A stretch of DNA of 64,000 nt from Chrysomallon squamiferum. Taxonomy: Eukaryota > Animalia > Mollusca. The translations under genes and the position numbers were made by a program. Within the stretch, counting starts at the first letter, position 1, and every line of letters begins with the position of its first letter. The stretch lies in the NCBI GenBank assembly GCA_012295275.1, contig CM022679.1, positions 21,018,001 through 21,082,000 on the forward strand, in the 5' to 3' direction. Below, in pieces: positions 27,527 to 40,295 of the stretch. Below the pieces are notes generated by a model. It ran no database searches and had not been told where the DNA came from. It was given only the letters and a program-made list of their open reading frames with translations.

Positions 27527-28129
27527 AATTATAAGACTGTTCAAAGACAATTCAAAGAAAAAAAAAAAAAAAAACAAAACAAAAAATAAACATGACAAAA
27601 TAAAAAAAAAAAAAATTCACCCCCCCAGCTAAATCCACAAAAAGAAAAAAGAAAAAAAGGAGAATGAAAGAAACACAAGAAAAGAAATTCTAACTTGTTT
27701 AAACATTTTAATTTTAATTATATGAAAACAAAATCCAACAACATTAGCACTAAATTTATTTGTTTTCTATGCAAAATATTATTTTAAATTCAAATATGAA
27801 AATATATAATGATTATTGCATGATATCATACTTCACAAAATCCACAAAAGAAAATTAAAACTAAAAGCAAAATAATAGTCTATGATCATCTTCACATAGC
27901 AGTGAGAATCTTCTCATAACAACAATATGAAAAAAAATAACAAGCCATTATAAAGATTATATAATTATGTATACATTTATAAATGAGGCACTTTAAGACC
28001 TAAGGGGCATAACTCTGCCAAAAACCAAAGCTAATTACGGTTCCTGTGCCTGCTGTTTTCTAACATCTGAAACATGGCAGTGACATTTAGCAGTGAAAGT
28101 TCACAGTTTGTTTTAATTTGAAAGTTTTG

Positions 28130-28189
28130 TTAATTTTGTCTTCTTGCTTTTTCTCTGATTTCCTGGCACTTGTCTTTCACTTTTCCTGA

Positions 28190-28225
<36 letters not shown>

Positions 28226-28854
28226 TGTATAAAAAAAAAAAATAGTAATCATAATAATGATAATAATAATCACAATAAGACATTAAATACTTTTAATTTT
28301 GAAATGTTTTTCGATTTATCTATTTCAAATGACAATTTTATGTTTTAATTTTTCCTCACTATCCACTCCCATTCTACCTGTTTTTCTCTCCCCAATTTCT
28401 TTTTTTCTCTCCATCATTTACATTTACATCTAAAATCTCCATTTCTCATCTGTGATTCTCTAACATTCTTTCGCTCCTTCTCTCTTTCGAACACATCATT
28501 TCAAAAACATCTCAAACACATTAAGAGAGTCATTACTATTATCATAATTTACGAAACATTGATTCAGAAAAAAACTTTTTTCTCCAGTTTACACTATTTG
28601 TTTGACAAACAGTGAAAACAAACCTCTGTCCAGCCCAAGACAGTTGCCCCACTCGTCAAGAGTGATTTTCCGGTTCCTGTCAGCGTCACACTTGTCGAGG
28701 AATGGTAACAGGCAGTGTTCAAGCGGCTTCAGAGACTGAACAATGTACTGGAGTTCTCGTCGTGTCACAGCTCTGAAACACAAATATTTAAAATGGCCGT
28801 GATTTCGGCTTTAAAAAAACAAAGACCACATTTTATATATATATATATACACAG

Positions 28855-28900
<46 letters not shown>

Positions 28901-29757
28901 CAGGCTTATCATTGTCACTCTGAATTTGTAACAGGGATAGTAATAAGAATTAAAAATTAATACAAACTTCAGATATTTTTTAAATCAACAACAATATATG
29001 TGTGAATTTTTGGAATTTTAAATTTATCTACATCTAAATTTAAATCCAAAATAATTGGTATTCAAAAAGGTCAATATTTGTGTAGTTTGTATCAGCAAAA
29101 ATTCATAGCAATAATTCAGTTTATTAATTTTAAATGTTTTGAATATTTTTATTTAATGTTTTAAATTGTAACAGTATCACAAAGTGGCTAACACCAAGGC
29201 AACTGGGTAATGCTGTAAGAGTTATTGATGGGGCAATTAGTCCGATGATGATACTGAGGGATTGGTAGGCCCTAACAAGCCCAGTGACATCAATCAATTA
29301 AATAACCAGCAATATCTAAACATCATCCTTGTTTATAATTCTGTGTATGATATATTTCTCCTTAATTTACTTCTTTAAAACTGTTTAACTTCTGCAGTTT
29401 CTACTTTCTTCACTTCTTTAGTATTTTATAATAACATTTAAACTGATGTGTGTTTCAGTTTAAATGTTTAGGCTTTTATCAGAAGTGTCTAGAATGCACA
29501 CTGAATGTAAGTTTGCAGAGTTACTTCCCCTGCCATCATACTAAAGCTCAGTTTTGACATTTTTTGCAAATGTTTTGCTGTGATTGATGGCTGCACCTGA
29601 AAGACATTAATAAACATAAGTCTGATGTTAAATATTAGCAGCTCTAACAGTATGGATCAAGTGAATGTTTCAAGGTTGTGTTAGAATGACCCTTATAGGT
29701 AAAATGTTTTAAATAGTTTCTGGGGTCTGTAAATTAACATTCTAAATAATAATAATA

Positions 29758-29788
<31 letters not shown>

Positions 29789-30621
29789 ACTGTGGTTTTA
29801 ATAAATACATTAAAAAGATATTCTTACTTATCCTGGGGTGACACATCAAGATCACAGAATTTCCAGATGACAGCATCAGTGTGGTTAGCATCATCTTTGG
29901 CTGATTCTAGAAGTTCAATGTACTTGCCAAGTTCATCTCTTGCAGCCTATAAAAAAAAAACAATAAAATATTTGTGTCCTACTGTTTTATTTTTATTTAT
30001 TTATTTATTATTAAAAGATTGGTTACTCAGAAAATGCTGACATTAAATTTTAAAATAAACTCAACTTTAGTGATGATAAAAAATGAAATCTTTGCATTTT
30101 AAATTGAAAGGGACAAAACTATTTGAGTATTTTGGAATATGTTCAAGTAATTCTTTTAAACTGTTCTGTGTACTAAATTTTGCAAATAGCAGATTACTGG
30201 ATCTAGTTTTAGAAGTGCTGAGGTTAGAAATAAGTGACTAACTGCATTAAGTTTTGTACAAACCAGTTGCTTCATAACAATGAAAAGCCATTCCTTCATG
30301 CGACTGGGAAATTCTTCAAATTCATATTTGGGGCATTCAGTCAGTTCTGAAAGTAAAAATTAACAGTGTCTCTTCTAGTTCTTGTCATATTATATTATTT
30401 ACACAAACAGTAAATATATGTACATAGATTAACAGAATATAAATACAGGTGTATGTAAATGAATAAGCATGCATATATGTGTTTGTACATATATACATAC
30501 ATATGCACACAGATACATAAATGTACATACATACATATTTTCTATGGAATAATAAGAAATAAAAATACATTTTTTATATCATCATCATCTTCTTATTATT
30601 ACTATTATTACTATTATTATG

Positions 30622-30654
<33 letters not shown>

Positions 30655-30775
30655 TTATTACTACTACTACAACAACTACTACTATTACTACTACTACAAC
30701 TATTATCATCATCATTGGCATCATCATCATCATCATCATTATCATCATCATTATCATTATTATTATTATTATTAC

Positions 30776-30818
<43 letters not shown>

Positions 30819-32096
30819 ACTCACCTTTACATGGGCCATAGTAATCCAGCTGAATCTTGCCTCCACCTGGCTGTTTCCCAGAGCAACTTGACAGGTGTTT
30901 TTTGCACCTGCAGTGATCGCGATCCAGGTGACATTCACTTTCGTAAGTTACGTTCTTCTTGCTGCATACCTGAAACACGAAAAACTTCACATATAAAAAT
31001 ATATAGTTAGTATTACTTCACCATTATTAAATAAACAGTTAATATCTTTTCACTGTTATTCAGTAAGCAATACTATTTCACTGTTATTCAGTAAACAGTA
31101 CTATTTCACTGTTATTCAGTAAACAATACTATTTCACTGTTATTCAGTAAAAAATACTATTTCACGGTTATTCAGTAAACAGTATCATTCAATGTTATTC
31201 ATTAAACAATATCATTTCAGTGTTATTCAGTAAACAATGTCATTTGATGTCATCAGTAAACAATATCATTTGATGTCATCAGTAAACAATATCATTTCAC
31301 AATTATTCAATAAACAATATCATTTCACAATTATTCAATAAACCTTATAATTTCACTGCTATTCAGTAAGAAATTAATATCATTATTTTAAACAATCTAT
31401 TCATACAGAATACATGGAGACTGATAAAAACCTCTTTATAAACATTTAGTTCTCTTTAACATTTTAGCTAGTAATATTTTAAAATCTTTACAGACTATTA
31501 CTAGACAATGAAAATTACAAATTTTATCAGAATTTTTATTAGAAGAACAACAACCACCGATATTTTTAATAATTTTATCCACTAATATTTACTAACACTT
31601 TAGAGTAACTACAATTTTTTTTTTGTTGTGTTGTTCAACATCATATTTTTTGAACAATATAATAAAGAAACATTTATCAAGTAATTTCTTCTAGTTTTGT
31701 TTATCAACACATGTTAAGTAAATGTATCCAGTAATATTTATCAACATATGCTGAGTAAATTCATCCAATGACATTTGCTAGCACATTTTCAGAACAAGTT
31801 GACAATGTTACCCAGTATCGTTTATCGAACTCCGGGAGACATGAGGACACACAGACACACACTGCGTTACGATTCTCATCCACAGTGCACTGTTCACCTC
31901 TGTAACATTTCTTCCTTTTACACGGATCTGAAAAACATCAAACACAGCATGTTAACAATTACATAGTAAGATGTGACAGTTCCGATATTTCTTCAGTTTA
32001 TTATTAATACACACCTAAACACACACATAAACACACAAACACCCATCTACATACATACATATATACATACATACATACATACATACATACATACAT

Positions 32097-32127
<31 letters not shown>

Positions 32128-32458
32128 TACACATACTGATATTTATATATAAAGGTATATGTATATGTATATGTATATATATATATATTAGTGATTTTGT
32201 AAAGATTTTGTGATATTTTTACCCAAATATTATCAGTTATTTTTTATAATCAATGGCAAATGTTCATATCACATTTATTGCAGGAGTGGTGTTTGAAAAC
32301 CAGATATTACCAGCTACAACAGGTTTTGCCTCAATGTTAGGATATTCTTCTTCTTCTGTACCATCACCTTCATCATCAAACTGAAACAAGTAACACAAAA
32401 TATAATTACTAAAATTAAAATATTAGTTACCCACATATTCTTTGTTCTTCATTCAAAA

Positions 32459-32523
<65 letters not shown>

Positions 32524-33094
32524 CATTTGTGGGTGTTTGTATATGTGTGTCGTGATTGTGTATGTATGTATAGATATATAAATGTGCATGTGGTTGTGTG
32601 TTATGTGTAAGTAAAAAAAATTCATAGGTGTTTGAAAGTTAAAGATTCCTCTTCCTATATCTGTTCTTCCTATAAAAGTCAGATCTAAGGAAATGTTTAT
32701 TTTATCTTTGTTACAAGTAATCCCTCATTTCTCAGGATCAGCATCAAAGAAGGAGGAAAACATTTTTATCAAAAGATTCTTTATCTACTGTTACAGGTGC
32801 CAAATTTATCATTAATTATCTATTAGATAATGAAAAAAACTTCAGCTATTATACGATAGGTTAGAAGTTAGCAGTAAAGCATCTTTTAAGCACACCTTCT
32901 CATACATGGGGGAAAGTATATATCATGCCATTTGATAAACTAATCACAGAGAACTGTTTTTTCATTCTGAATATAGTGTTAGTAAATGACTAGATGATTA
33001 GATGATTTAATGATTAGATGATTTTACTTACATTAGCTGCCACTGTGAGGATGATGAGACAGGACAGCATCAGACATAGACACCACTTCTTCAT
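28130..33094 (-). CDS. SPARC: SPARC / osteonectin / BM-40 family protein (signal peptide, short acidic domain, follistatin-Kazal domain, EC domain with two EF-hands); 8 coding exons, 266 aa
   Basis: Exons: 33094-33032 ([21 protein letters not shown]), 32380-32311 ([23 protein letters not shown]), 31927-31812 ([30 protein letters not shown]...), 30969-30825 ([22 protein letters not shown]...[10 protein letters not shown]), 30346-30264 ([28 protein letters not shown]), 29946-29828 (...[14 protein letters not shown]), 28772-28624 (KAVTRRELQ...[34 protein letters not shown]) and 28185-28130 ([18 protein letters not shown]). All introns are GT-AG and the 801 nt total is in frame. LDYYGPCK, FPxRMxxWL, PxEHC and DxDxNxxIxxxEW are SPARC hallmarks. 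Confidence 0.95.
30577..30817. repeat. Compound (TAT)n/(CTA)n/(CAT)n trinucleotide field in a SPARC intron
   Basis: Seen directly; abuts the donor of SPARC coding exon 4. Confidence 0.9.
31045..31370 (+). repeat. 28-bp minisatellite TTTCACTGTTATTCAGTAAACAATACTA in a SPARC intron
   Basis: About 11-12 copies, best conserved at 31049-31160 and degenerating rightwards. Confidence 0.9.
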
Positions 33095-35658
33095 GATCAG
33101 CTGAATATAAATAACAAACATTAGTTTTGAAAATATAGTGGCAACACCTTATTATCTGTTTTATATATTCTTAAAAACACTCAGATTCACATATACATAC
33201 AAATACATAAATACATACATACATACATACATACATACGTACATATGTAGCTAAGTGCAAATACACACATAAACAGTACAATAATGCCATACAATACAAT
33301 ACAGTAGATTAAATACAAACACCTACATTAACACCTGTTCTCTAAGTGATGTCACTCTGTATTAATGCAAAACAAACAAATAATTGCATACATGTACTCA
33401 AAGAAATAGGAACTTGCAGACACACACTCTACACACAGAAATACACAACTTGCAGACACACACACACATATACACACACATACACACACACATACACACA
33501 CACTTCAGTTTTTATTCTCTAAATTAAAAAAAAAATCTTTTTATGCAAAGTTCACCAAGGAACCAGGTTATCCTGATTCCACGGAGTCTGTGTAATATCT
33601 CTGTAATTACACAGCCGTTTGTTTATCTCTGCATGTCTAAAAGTGAAACACTGCAGCAACTCAACCTGAAGGTCAGCACCACAGAAAGGTTCCAAAGACT
33701 TAGTAACAATCCTGTCACCAAGGTAACTGGGGCATTAGTCACAGAAGCATAAATTAGTAACACAGAAAGCATTTCCTGTTAACAAACTTGCCAAGATTTC
33801 GTTTTTAAAAGTTTTCTAAATTTGGATGGTATTAATTAAAAGAAACCTGAGAAGGGGTGACAGATAGATAACATGCCTGTGGAAAACATGTTTAGATATG
33901 AGGGAAAAGAAAAAAAAGTTTTATAAATAAAGAAGAAGTAAGAAAACATAGATTATGAGTATTTATCAATGGCTAATTGTTGATGTTGTTGAGCTAAAGG
34001 GATTCACCTGACAGCTAGTTATCAGAGTGGGAACATAAATTCATCTCATCATCATCTTCTTCATCACCAGCATCATCATTAATATCACCATTATTGTCAT
34101 TATTATCATCATTATCATCATCACTACCTCTATCATATTTATCATCATCATCATTATTATTATTACTGTTATTTATGTTGTTTTTGTTTTTATTATTATT
34201 ATTATTGTTATTATTATTATTTTACGTATCTACCAGCAAAACTTCAACATACAGTATCAATATATATATCATCCTGATGTTTTACAATGTAAATAAAAAC
34301 TAAGATAACAAAGGTTTACTGTAAATATTTTAACACTTATTTTGTATGACACTGGACTGTATCATATTGAACTATGCTCCACTGTATAATTTATATTGTG
34401 TATCAAAGTATTGTATTGTATTACACTCTATTGTCTTATATTTTACTGAAATGTACTAAACTGCACTGTGTCGTCACATAATATTATTATCAACATCAGC
34501 TGTTTTACTGTGACATCAAAAGTGTTTAGTTCAAGACTTGAACATTATGAAAATATTTGCTTTACTGAAGTATGTTGTATTTCCAGTTTGTCAACATATT
34601 TACATCCTACTTTCTAGGTTTTTTTCTTCTTCTTTTATTTTCATTGATATCAATAAATAGGAAGACTGGGCCAGATATTTCTGTTTAAAGTATTTATTCA
34701 TAACAGTAAGATTTTTCCCAACATATTAATTTTTTTATGCAGTTATTTCAACATGTACAAAACATTTAAAAGCTTGTTAATTGATTATGAAATAGTATTT
34801 ATTTATTTATTTATTTTTGTTTTATTATTATTTTTTTATTTATTTTATATTATCAATTATAAACATTTTTGTTGTTTGTATTTTGTTCTTAAATTATATT
34901 ATTAATATTGTTTTGTGTTTTTGTTATTTATTATTACTGCTGTTTTTGTTGTTGTTGTTGTCCTTGTACATCACCATCACAATTATCATTACCTTCATTA
35001 TTGTTATTGTCATTATCTATTTGTCTGTATGTTTATTTATTTTTTTATTTATTTTTTTATTTTTATTTTTTATTTTTTTTTTAATATAAATTGTTCTTGA
35101 TATACACGAAAATATTTGTATTCAAAATAAACATATTCAAAATACACCATATCTAGGGCATTGTTCTAAATATATTCTTCATCATGACTGTGAACATATG
35201 GACCCACACAAAGGTATTTCTAAACTTCGTGTGTGTTTTCAATCTAAATGTGCAATGTTATTCCTGTGCTGAGAGGAAATGAACCGTTCATGCACAAATT
35301 CCTAACAAGCAAAGTTCTTTACACTGTAAGAAAAGCAGGCTAGAAAGGACAGATTGATTAACTGACTGATAGCAGGATAGATAATTGGATGGATGGATGG
35401 ATGGATAGATAAAGCGAGGAAAAAAAGAAACATAAGTATGAACAAAATGAGTTAATGAAGGGAAGCCCGTAATGGATGGAAGGATGAAGAAAGGAGAACA
35501 GATGGATTGAAAGACAAAAGAAGGAAGGAAAGAAGCAATGATTGGGAGAATAAAGGAAGGAAAGAAAGATAACAGAAAGGATGGTTGGATGTATACAGAT
35601 GAATGACAGATTGATAATATGGCAATGAAGAAAGAAGTCAGAAAACAAAAAACAGTAT

Positions 35659-35823
35659 TTATGTTTATGTGTAAGTATGTATGTATGTATGCATGTATGT
35701 ATGTATGTATGTATGTATCTATGTATGTATGTATCTATGTATGTATGTATGTATATATCTATCTATGTATGTATGTATGTATATATCTATGTATGTATGT
35801 ATATATATATGTATCTATGTATG

Positions 35824-35854
<31 letters not shown>

Positions 35855-35855
35855 C
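35659..35855. repeat. (TATG)n/(TATC)n tetranucleotide array
   Basis: Seen directly. Confidence 0.9.
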
Positions 35856-36215
35856 TAAGTCTGTATGTATACATTTAAATTGTATAAAGATGAGACAGAT
35901 AATATTATAACACAATGATGATAAAAGTTATTAAATATTATCAAATATAAAAATATAAACATATACATTAAGGAATATTATAAAATAAGAAATACACACA
36001 TTAATGAATAAATAAAGAAATTTAGTAATTAAAGTCTATCACAGAAGAAACAATTAGAAAAATCCAATACAGTAAGTTCACAATTTCAAAACAAAACAAA
36101 AAACAACTGCAATGAGTTCTGAAACTATTACTTCAAACTTAAACCTTTTACTGATATTCAGAAAACTTTACAAATCATCAATAACAAAATTACAACAAAT
36201 GTATTAGAAAAAAAT

Positions 36216-36246
<31 letters not shown>

Positions 36247-36271
36247 AAACAAACAAACAAACACAACTTAC

Positions 36272-36566
36272 CTAAAAGTTACCCCTACAAAAATATTTCA
36301 CTGGCTAAATGTATCACAAACAGACTGCGAATGTATCAACTTACCCGGACACAAAAGATAAACGCTGACTAAGGCAAATTTTCTTCTGATAAAATCAAGT
36401 TACGTAACATAAATAAATTTTACCTTTTCTCTCAGTTTTCGCCGACTCCGGTTTGCGTGGAGCGATCTGTCGCGTCACACCACAACGTTCAACATTGCCG
36501 CTTCCACTGGCGGAACAGTCCATTTTCTGTCTGCGAGCAGAAGCAGTGAAATACTTCATTAACTGA
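36272..36566 (-). promoter_or_regulatory. Putative SPARC promoter and non-coding first exon(s)
   Basis: The SPARC ATG lies only 6 nt after a splice acceptor (TATTCAG, AG at 33102-33101), so an upstream non-coding exon is required. This CpG-richer block has an Inr-like TCAGTT (minus strand, 36566-36561) and donors AAG|GTAAAA (36423), CGG|GTAAGT (36344) and TAG|GTAAGT (36271). Confidence 0.55.
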
Positions 36567-37315
36567 ATGTGTCAGTGTTCTGTATACAACTTGCGTTAAT
36601 TAGTTAAATAATTACAATTTTATGTTAACTTCGATTTTGATGTTTTGTAATTATTGCATTGTACTATTAGTACTACTACTACTAATAATAATAACAATTT
36701 TTCTTCTTCTTCTTCTTCTTCTTTTTCTTCTTTTATTAGTAGTAGTAGTAGTAGTAGCAGTTGTAGTAGTAGTAGTGGTAGTAGTGGTAGTAGTAGTATT
36801 AATGACAGCAGCAGTATTAGTTGTGGTAATATGTTGCAGCGTTATAACAGCGCTGATTATCCATTATGCTTTTTAAAAGCAATCGATTCAGTCGTAATAA
36901 TCTTTTGAACCATAAACATCAAAGCAGATTTGTTGCATAAATATTTTATTACTGCACATACCTTATTCTTTAGTCATCTGTTTACTTAACATCAGCCAAA
37001 GGAAAGCTTACACGAAATCCACGGTTTCAAAAAGAAATCTGTGTCGCTCGTCAGTGTAAAATGAACGTATGTATCTCCGAAACCCGTATTAAATAAATAT
37101 CGCTTATTTAAATATTGATGTTATTCGTGTTCGCATTGCGTAGGAATCTAATTAAAATTTAAATGCAAGATCTGTAAAAGGTATAGGGCAGTTTGTTGTC
37201 GCCCTGTTGAGTGGTTAATGTATTCTATAACTGTGATCAGCTCTTATACTTGTAAACGTGTGAAAATGTGTATGAATTTTCAGTATTTCGGTTTTGTTGT
37301 CATTATTATTGGGGC

Positions 37316-37317
<2 letters not shown>

Positions 37318-37389
<72 letters not shown>
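37318..37389. repeat. (AG)n microsatellite
   Basis: Pure AG run. Confidence 0.95.
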
Positions 37390-37391
<2 letters not shown>

Positions 37392-37419
37392 CTGTGAACT
37401 GTTTCAAACTGATACGTAC

Positions 37420-38065
37420 ACACTGCTTCTTGCACTTCATTCACATATAAGCAGGATGATCAACTGCAGGCACATCAATCTTTAATGTCTGTGTGCTGTT
37501 TGAAAAGTGCCAGTCCTTTCAGACTGTCAGTGTTGATCTGACTTCACTTTTGTTACTGGGAGCGTGGACAGCAGTCGCAACATGATGCGGAGATTGAGGA
37601 AAAAGCATTGCAGCAGCTTTTGTAAGCACTGTTTGCTTTCTGTTTTCTGCCCTCCAGTTAAAACACAATGAGTTTGGAGTTCATTCCTTGTCATGCCTTG
37701 AACATCGTCTGGGAGATGAAATAAATTCTCAGTGTTTTACCATTTTTTTGCAACAAGCATGCTCCCATAACGACAAACTGTACGTTTCTGTAGTGAATTC
37801 AGAAAGAATGGCACTGCAGTGCTCTGCCTATAGTCTTCTTCATATGTCTTGGCTGGTTGGTTCTGATGGAATTTTTTTTTGTTCAAACTGATATTTTTAT
37901 CTCTTCTCCGATGCTTGTCGCCAAATCCACTGAGTCAGCAAACCAAGCTGTTAAGCTTTAAATTTTCCAGCCATGTTTGATTCCCCATAATAACCTTGCC
38001 CTCGAATAATCCTGTTTTACTCGACAACAAAGAATCTTCGCCTGGAGATCCTTGCATGTGATTTC
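37420..38065 (-). mobile_element. Decayed hAT transposase fragment (C-terminal half including the dimerization domain; PRKRIR/ZMYM1-like, Tip100-type)
   Basis: Minus-strand pieces in shifting frames occur in the expected order: EITCKDLQAK, WFADSVDLATSIGEEIKI, EEDYRQSTAVPF, FFLNLRIMLRLLSTLPVT, VRSTLT, LKGLALFKQHTDI. They match the remembered hAT consensus LQxK...WFxxAxxLA...EEYYRxxxxxPF...FPNIxxLLxILxTLPVT(SxxxERSFS)...LRSTM...RLxGLALLxxHxDI. There are multiple frameshifts and stops, and ERSFS is deleted. Confidence 0.75.
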
Positions 38066-38245
38066 TACTAGTAGTACAGTACTAGCATTAGCAGCAATAG
38101 TAGTAGAATTGTAGTTGTAGTAGAAATATAGTATTAGACGTAGTATTGTTGTTTTTGCTGTTGTTGTCGCAGTTATTACAAGTATTGTTATTGTAGTCGT
38201 CGTCAATTTCGTTAGTGACTCAATACACCTCTATCTGCACACCCA

Positions 38246-38290
<45 letters not shown>

Positions 38291-39375
38291 GCACACACAC
38301 ACAGAGACACACATACACACAGACACACGTAATTACATCCGTATTTAAGTTCCTTTGTTCTGTACCTAAGGTGAACAGTCCCCCGGTAGCTCATTTTCAA
38401 GTCTGAGTTTCCCGTATTAGCCACCCTGAGGTGGGGGTGTCATCACTCACCACGTGACTCATTGTCGCTGCATTTTAGAATATTTGTTTATTTATAATTT
38501 ATTATGAAGCAATATTTTAAAATTACTGGGTGAGGAATGATCCCTATCAAAATTTTGTTCAACGTATATGACACAGTGAAATGCTTATTTACTTATTTAT
38601 TTATTTATATATGTGTTATGTAATTTAATGTCTTGATTTTATTACTTCTGTTTATTAATTTTGTAATTTTAATTGATTTATTTTTCTATGAATATTTACA
38701 AACTTAAAAGTAACTGTAGTTTGTTTTCATATTAAATAACACATATCAAAAGCACTTTAAATCAAGAAAACTGAATGATTATTATTTAATTTATAACTCT
38801 TTAATAAAAGAATTTCTTAATACAGAAACTTAATTATTTAAATTATATTTTATATGAATATATTATTTAAATTATTTTTAAAATGATCATATTTCTTATT
38901 TAATTTCTCATTTCTTTCTTCTTACTAAGGCTGTTAAACAAATTATCCTATGCTAAAATATTATTAAAATACACCTTGTTAAATTTACCAGTTTGAATTT
39001 AAAACACTTTTATTGTATAATACAATAATTTCTAAGTGAATTTCCTGTGCCGTACACATGATTAAATTTAAATGCGTCGACCTAAATAAAAAAAATACTA
39101 AAATAATTTGGACGCAGCTTTAGACGGTTCATCAAAGTAAAATAAATCGGAATATATAAAAAAAATAACAAATTTCATTTTAGAAACCTATATGCCATTT
39201 CGAAAAAATAAAATTCTATTCTGAACCTTCCGACACAGTTGTGATTGAGGCAGAATCAGAGTTACAACTGAATCATTCTTCAACACTCATCATTTCACGA
39301 AACGCTCGGTGTTTCTTATTATTTTATAAATAAATAAATATAATAATATACACATTAGAGAAATATTAGATTTTC

Positions 39376-39442
<67 letters not shown>

Positions 39443-39574
39443 TAATAATAATATTAATATTAATAATATAGCCATAACTGTTTCTGTTACTTAATATCTT
39501 AAACACTTTTTACTACTCTCTCTCTTACATATATCACCTGAAAAACGTTCACTTAATATAAAAACGCACGTTCA

Positions 39575-39910
39575 GCTACACATATGCCCACTCTTTCTGA
39601 TATACACTGTCTTTCATACCCTCATGTTCTCTCATACCTGTTCTCTCGCCGCTGCACACGCACATACATCCACTCTCTTTCGCACAGATACACACAGGTA
39701 TATACCCAATCGCATACATATCCTCTCTCACTAGCACAAGTATACATGTACTTACTCTCTTACAAACCACCATATACACCCAGTCACTCTCACGCAAACT
39801 CTCTTTCACACCTGTTCTCTCTCCGATGCACACCCACATACATCCACTCTCGTTCGCACTCTCTGACATACATACATAACATACAATGCAACGTTTGTCT
39901 CTGACATAGC
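39575..39910 (+). repeat. Degenerate tandem duplication with a period of about 174 bp, CA/CT-rich
   Basis: cctgttctctcgccgctgcacacgcacatacatccactctctttcgcac at 39637 recurs as cctgttctctctccgatgcacacccacatacatccactctcgttcgcac at 39811. Confidence 0.7.
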
Positions 39911-40203
39911 TTATATACTGTCTAATCCTTTCTCATACGCTTACATACCCATTTTCTCTTGAGTCTTACCAGATACATTCATTTTTTTCACTTTTACAAG
40001 CACATGTACATACAAACAGTTACTTCATTACATACACATATACAGTCACTCTATCTCATGCATACAATGGCTTTCGAAGGTGTACATACTCAATTCTGTG
40101 GTTACTTTTTTAATAATAGCAAAGTAAAATAATAACAAAGCGATACATATGCAGGTAAAAACATCATTAAAAATAATATTTGACTTTTACTAGTATTACA
40201 ATA

Positions 40204-40241
40204 TAGGTTCACAATCCCTTATCCAAAATTCCCAAATCCGG

Positions 40242-40295
<54 letters not shown>

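Noticed and set aside
28001-28060. AAGGGGCATAACTCTGCCAAAA motif in the SPARC 3' UTR, reminiscent of common mollusc dispersed repeats
   Set aside because: It is too short and based on memory alone, with no element boundaries; it needs a repeat-library search.
29243-29258. ATGATGA...CTGA, resembling snoRNA C and D boxes in a SPARC intron
   Set aside because: The boxes are only a few nt apart and lie on the strand opposite to the host transcript.
29525-29596. 72-nt AG/GT-bounded segment in a SPARC intron considered as a cassette exon
   Set aside because: In the required phase it contains TGA and would interrupt EF-hand 1. The donor is weak, and the flanking exons already join correctly.
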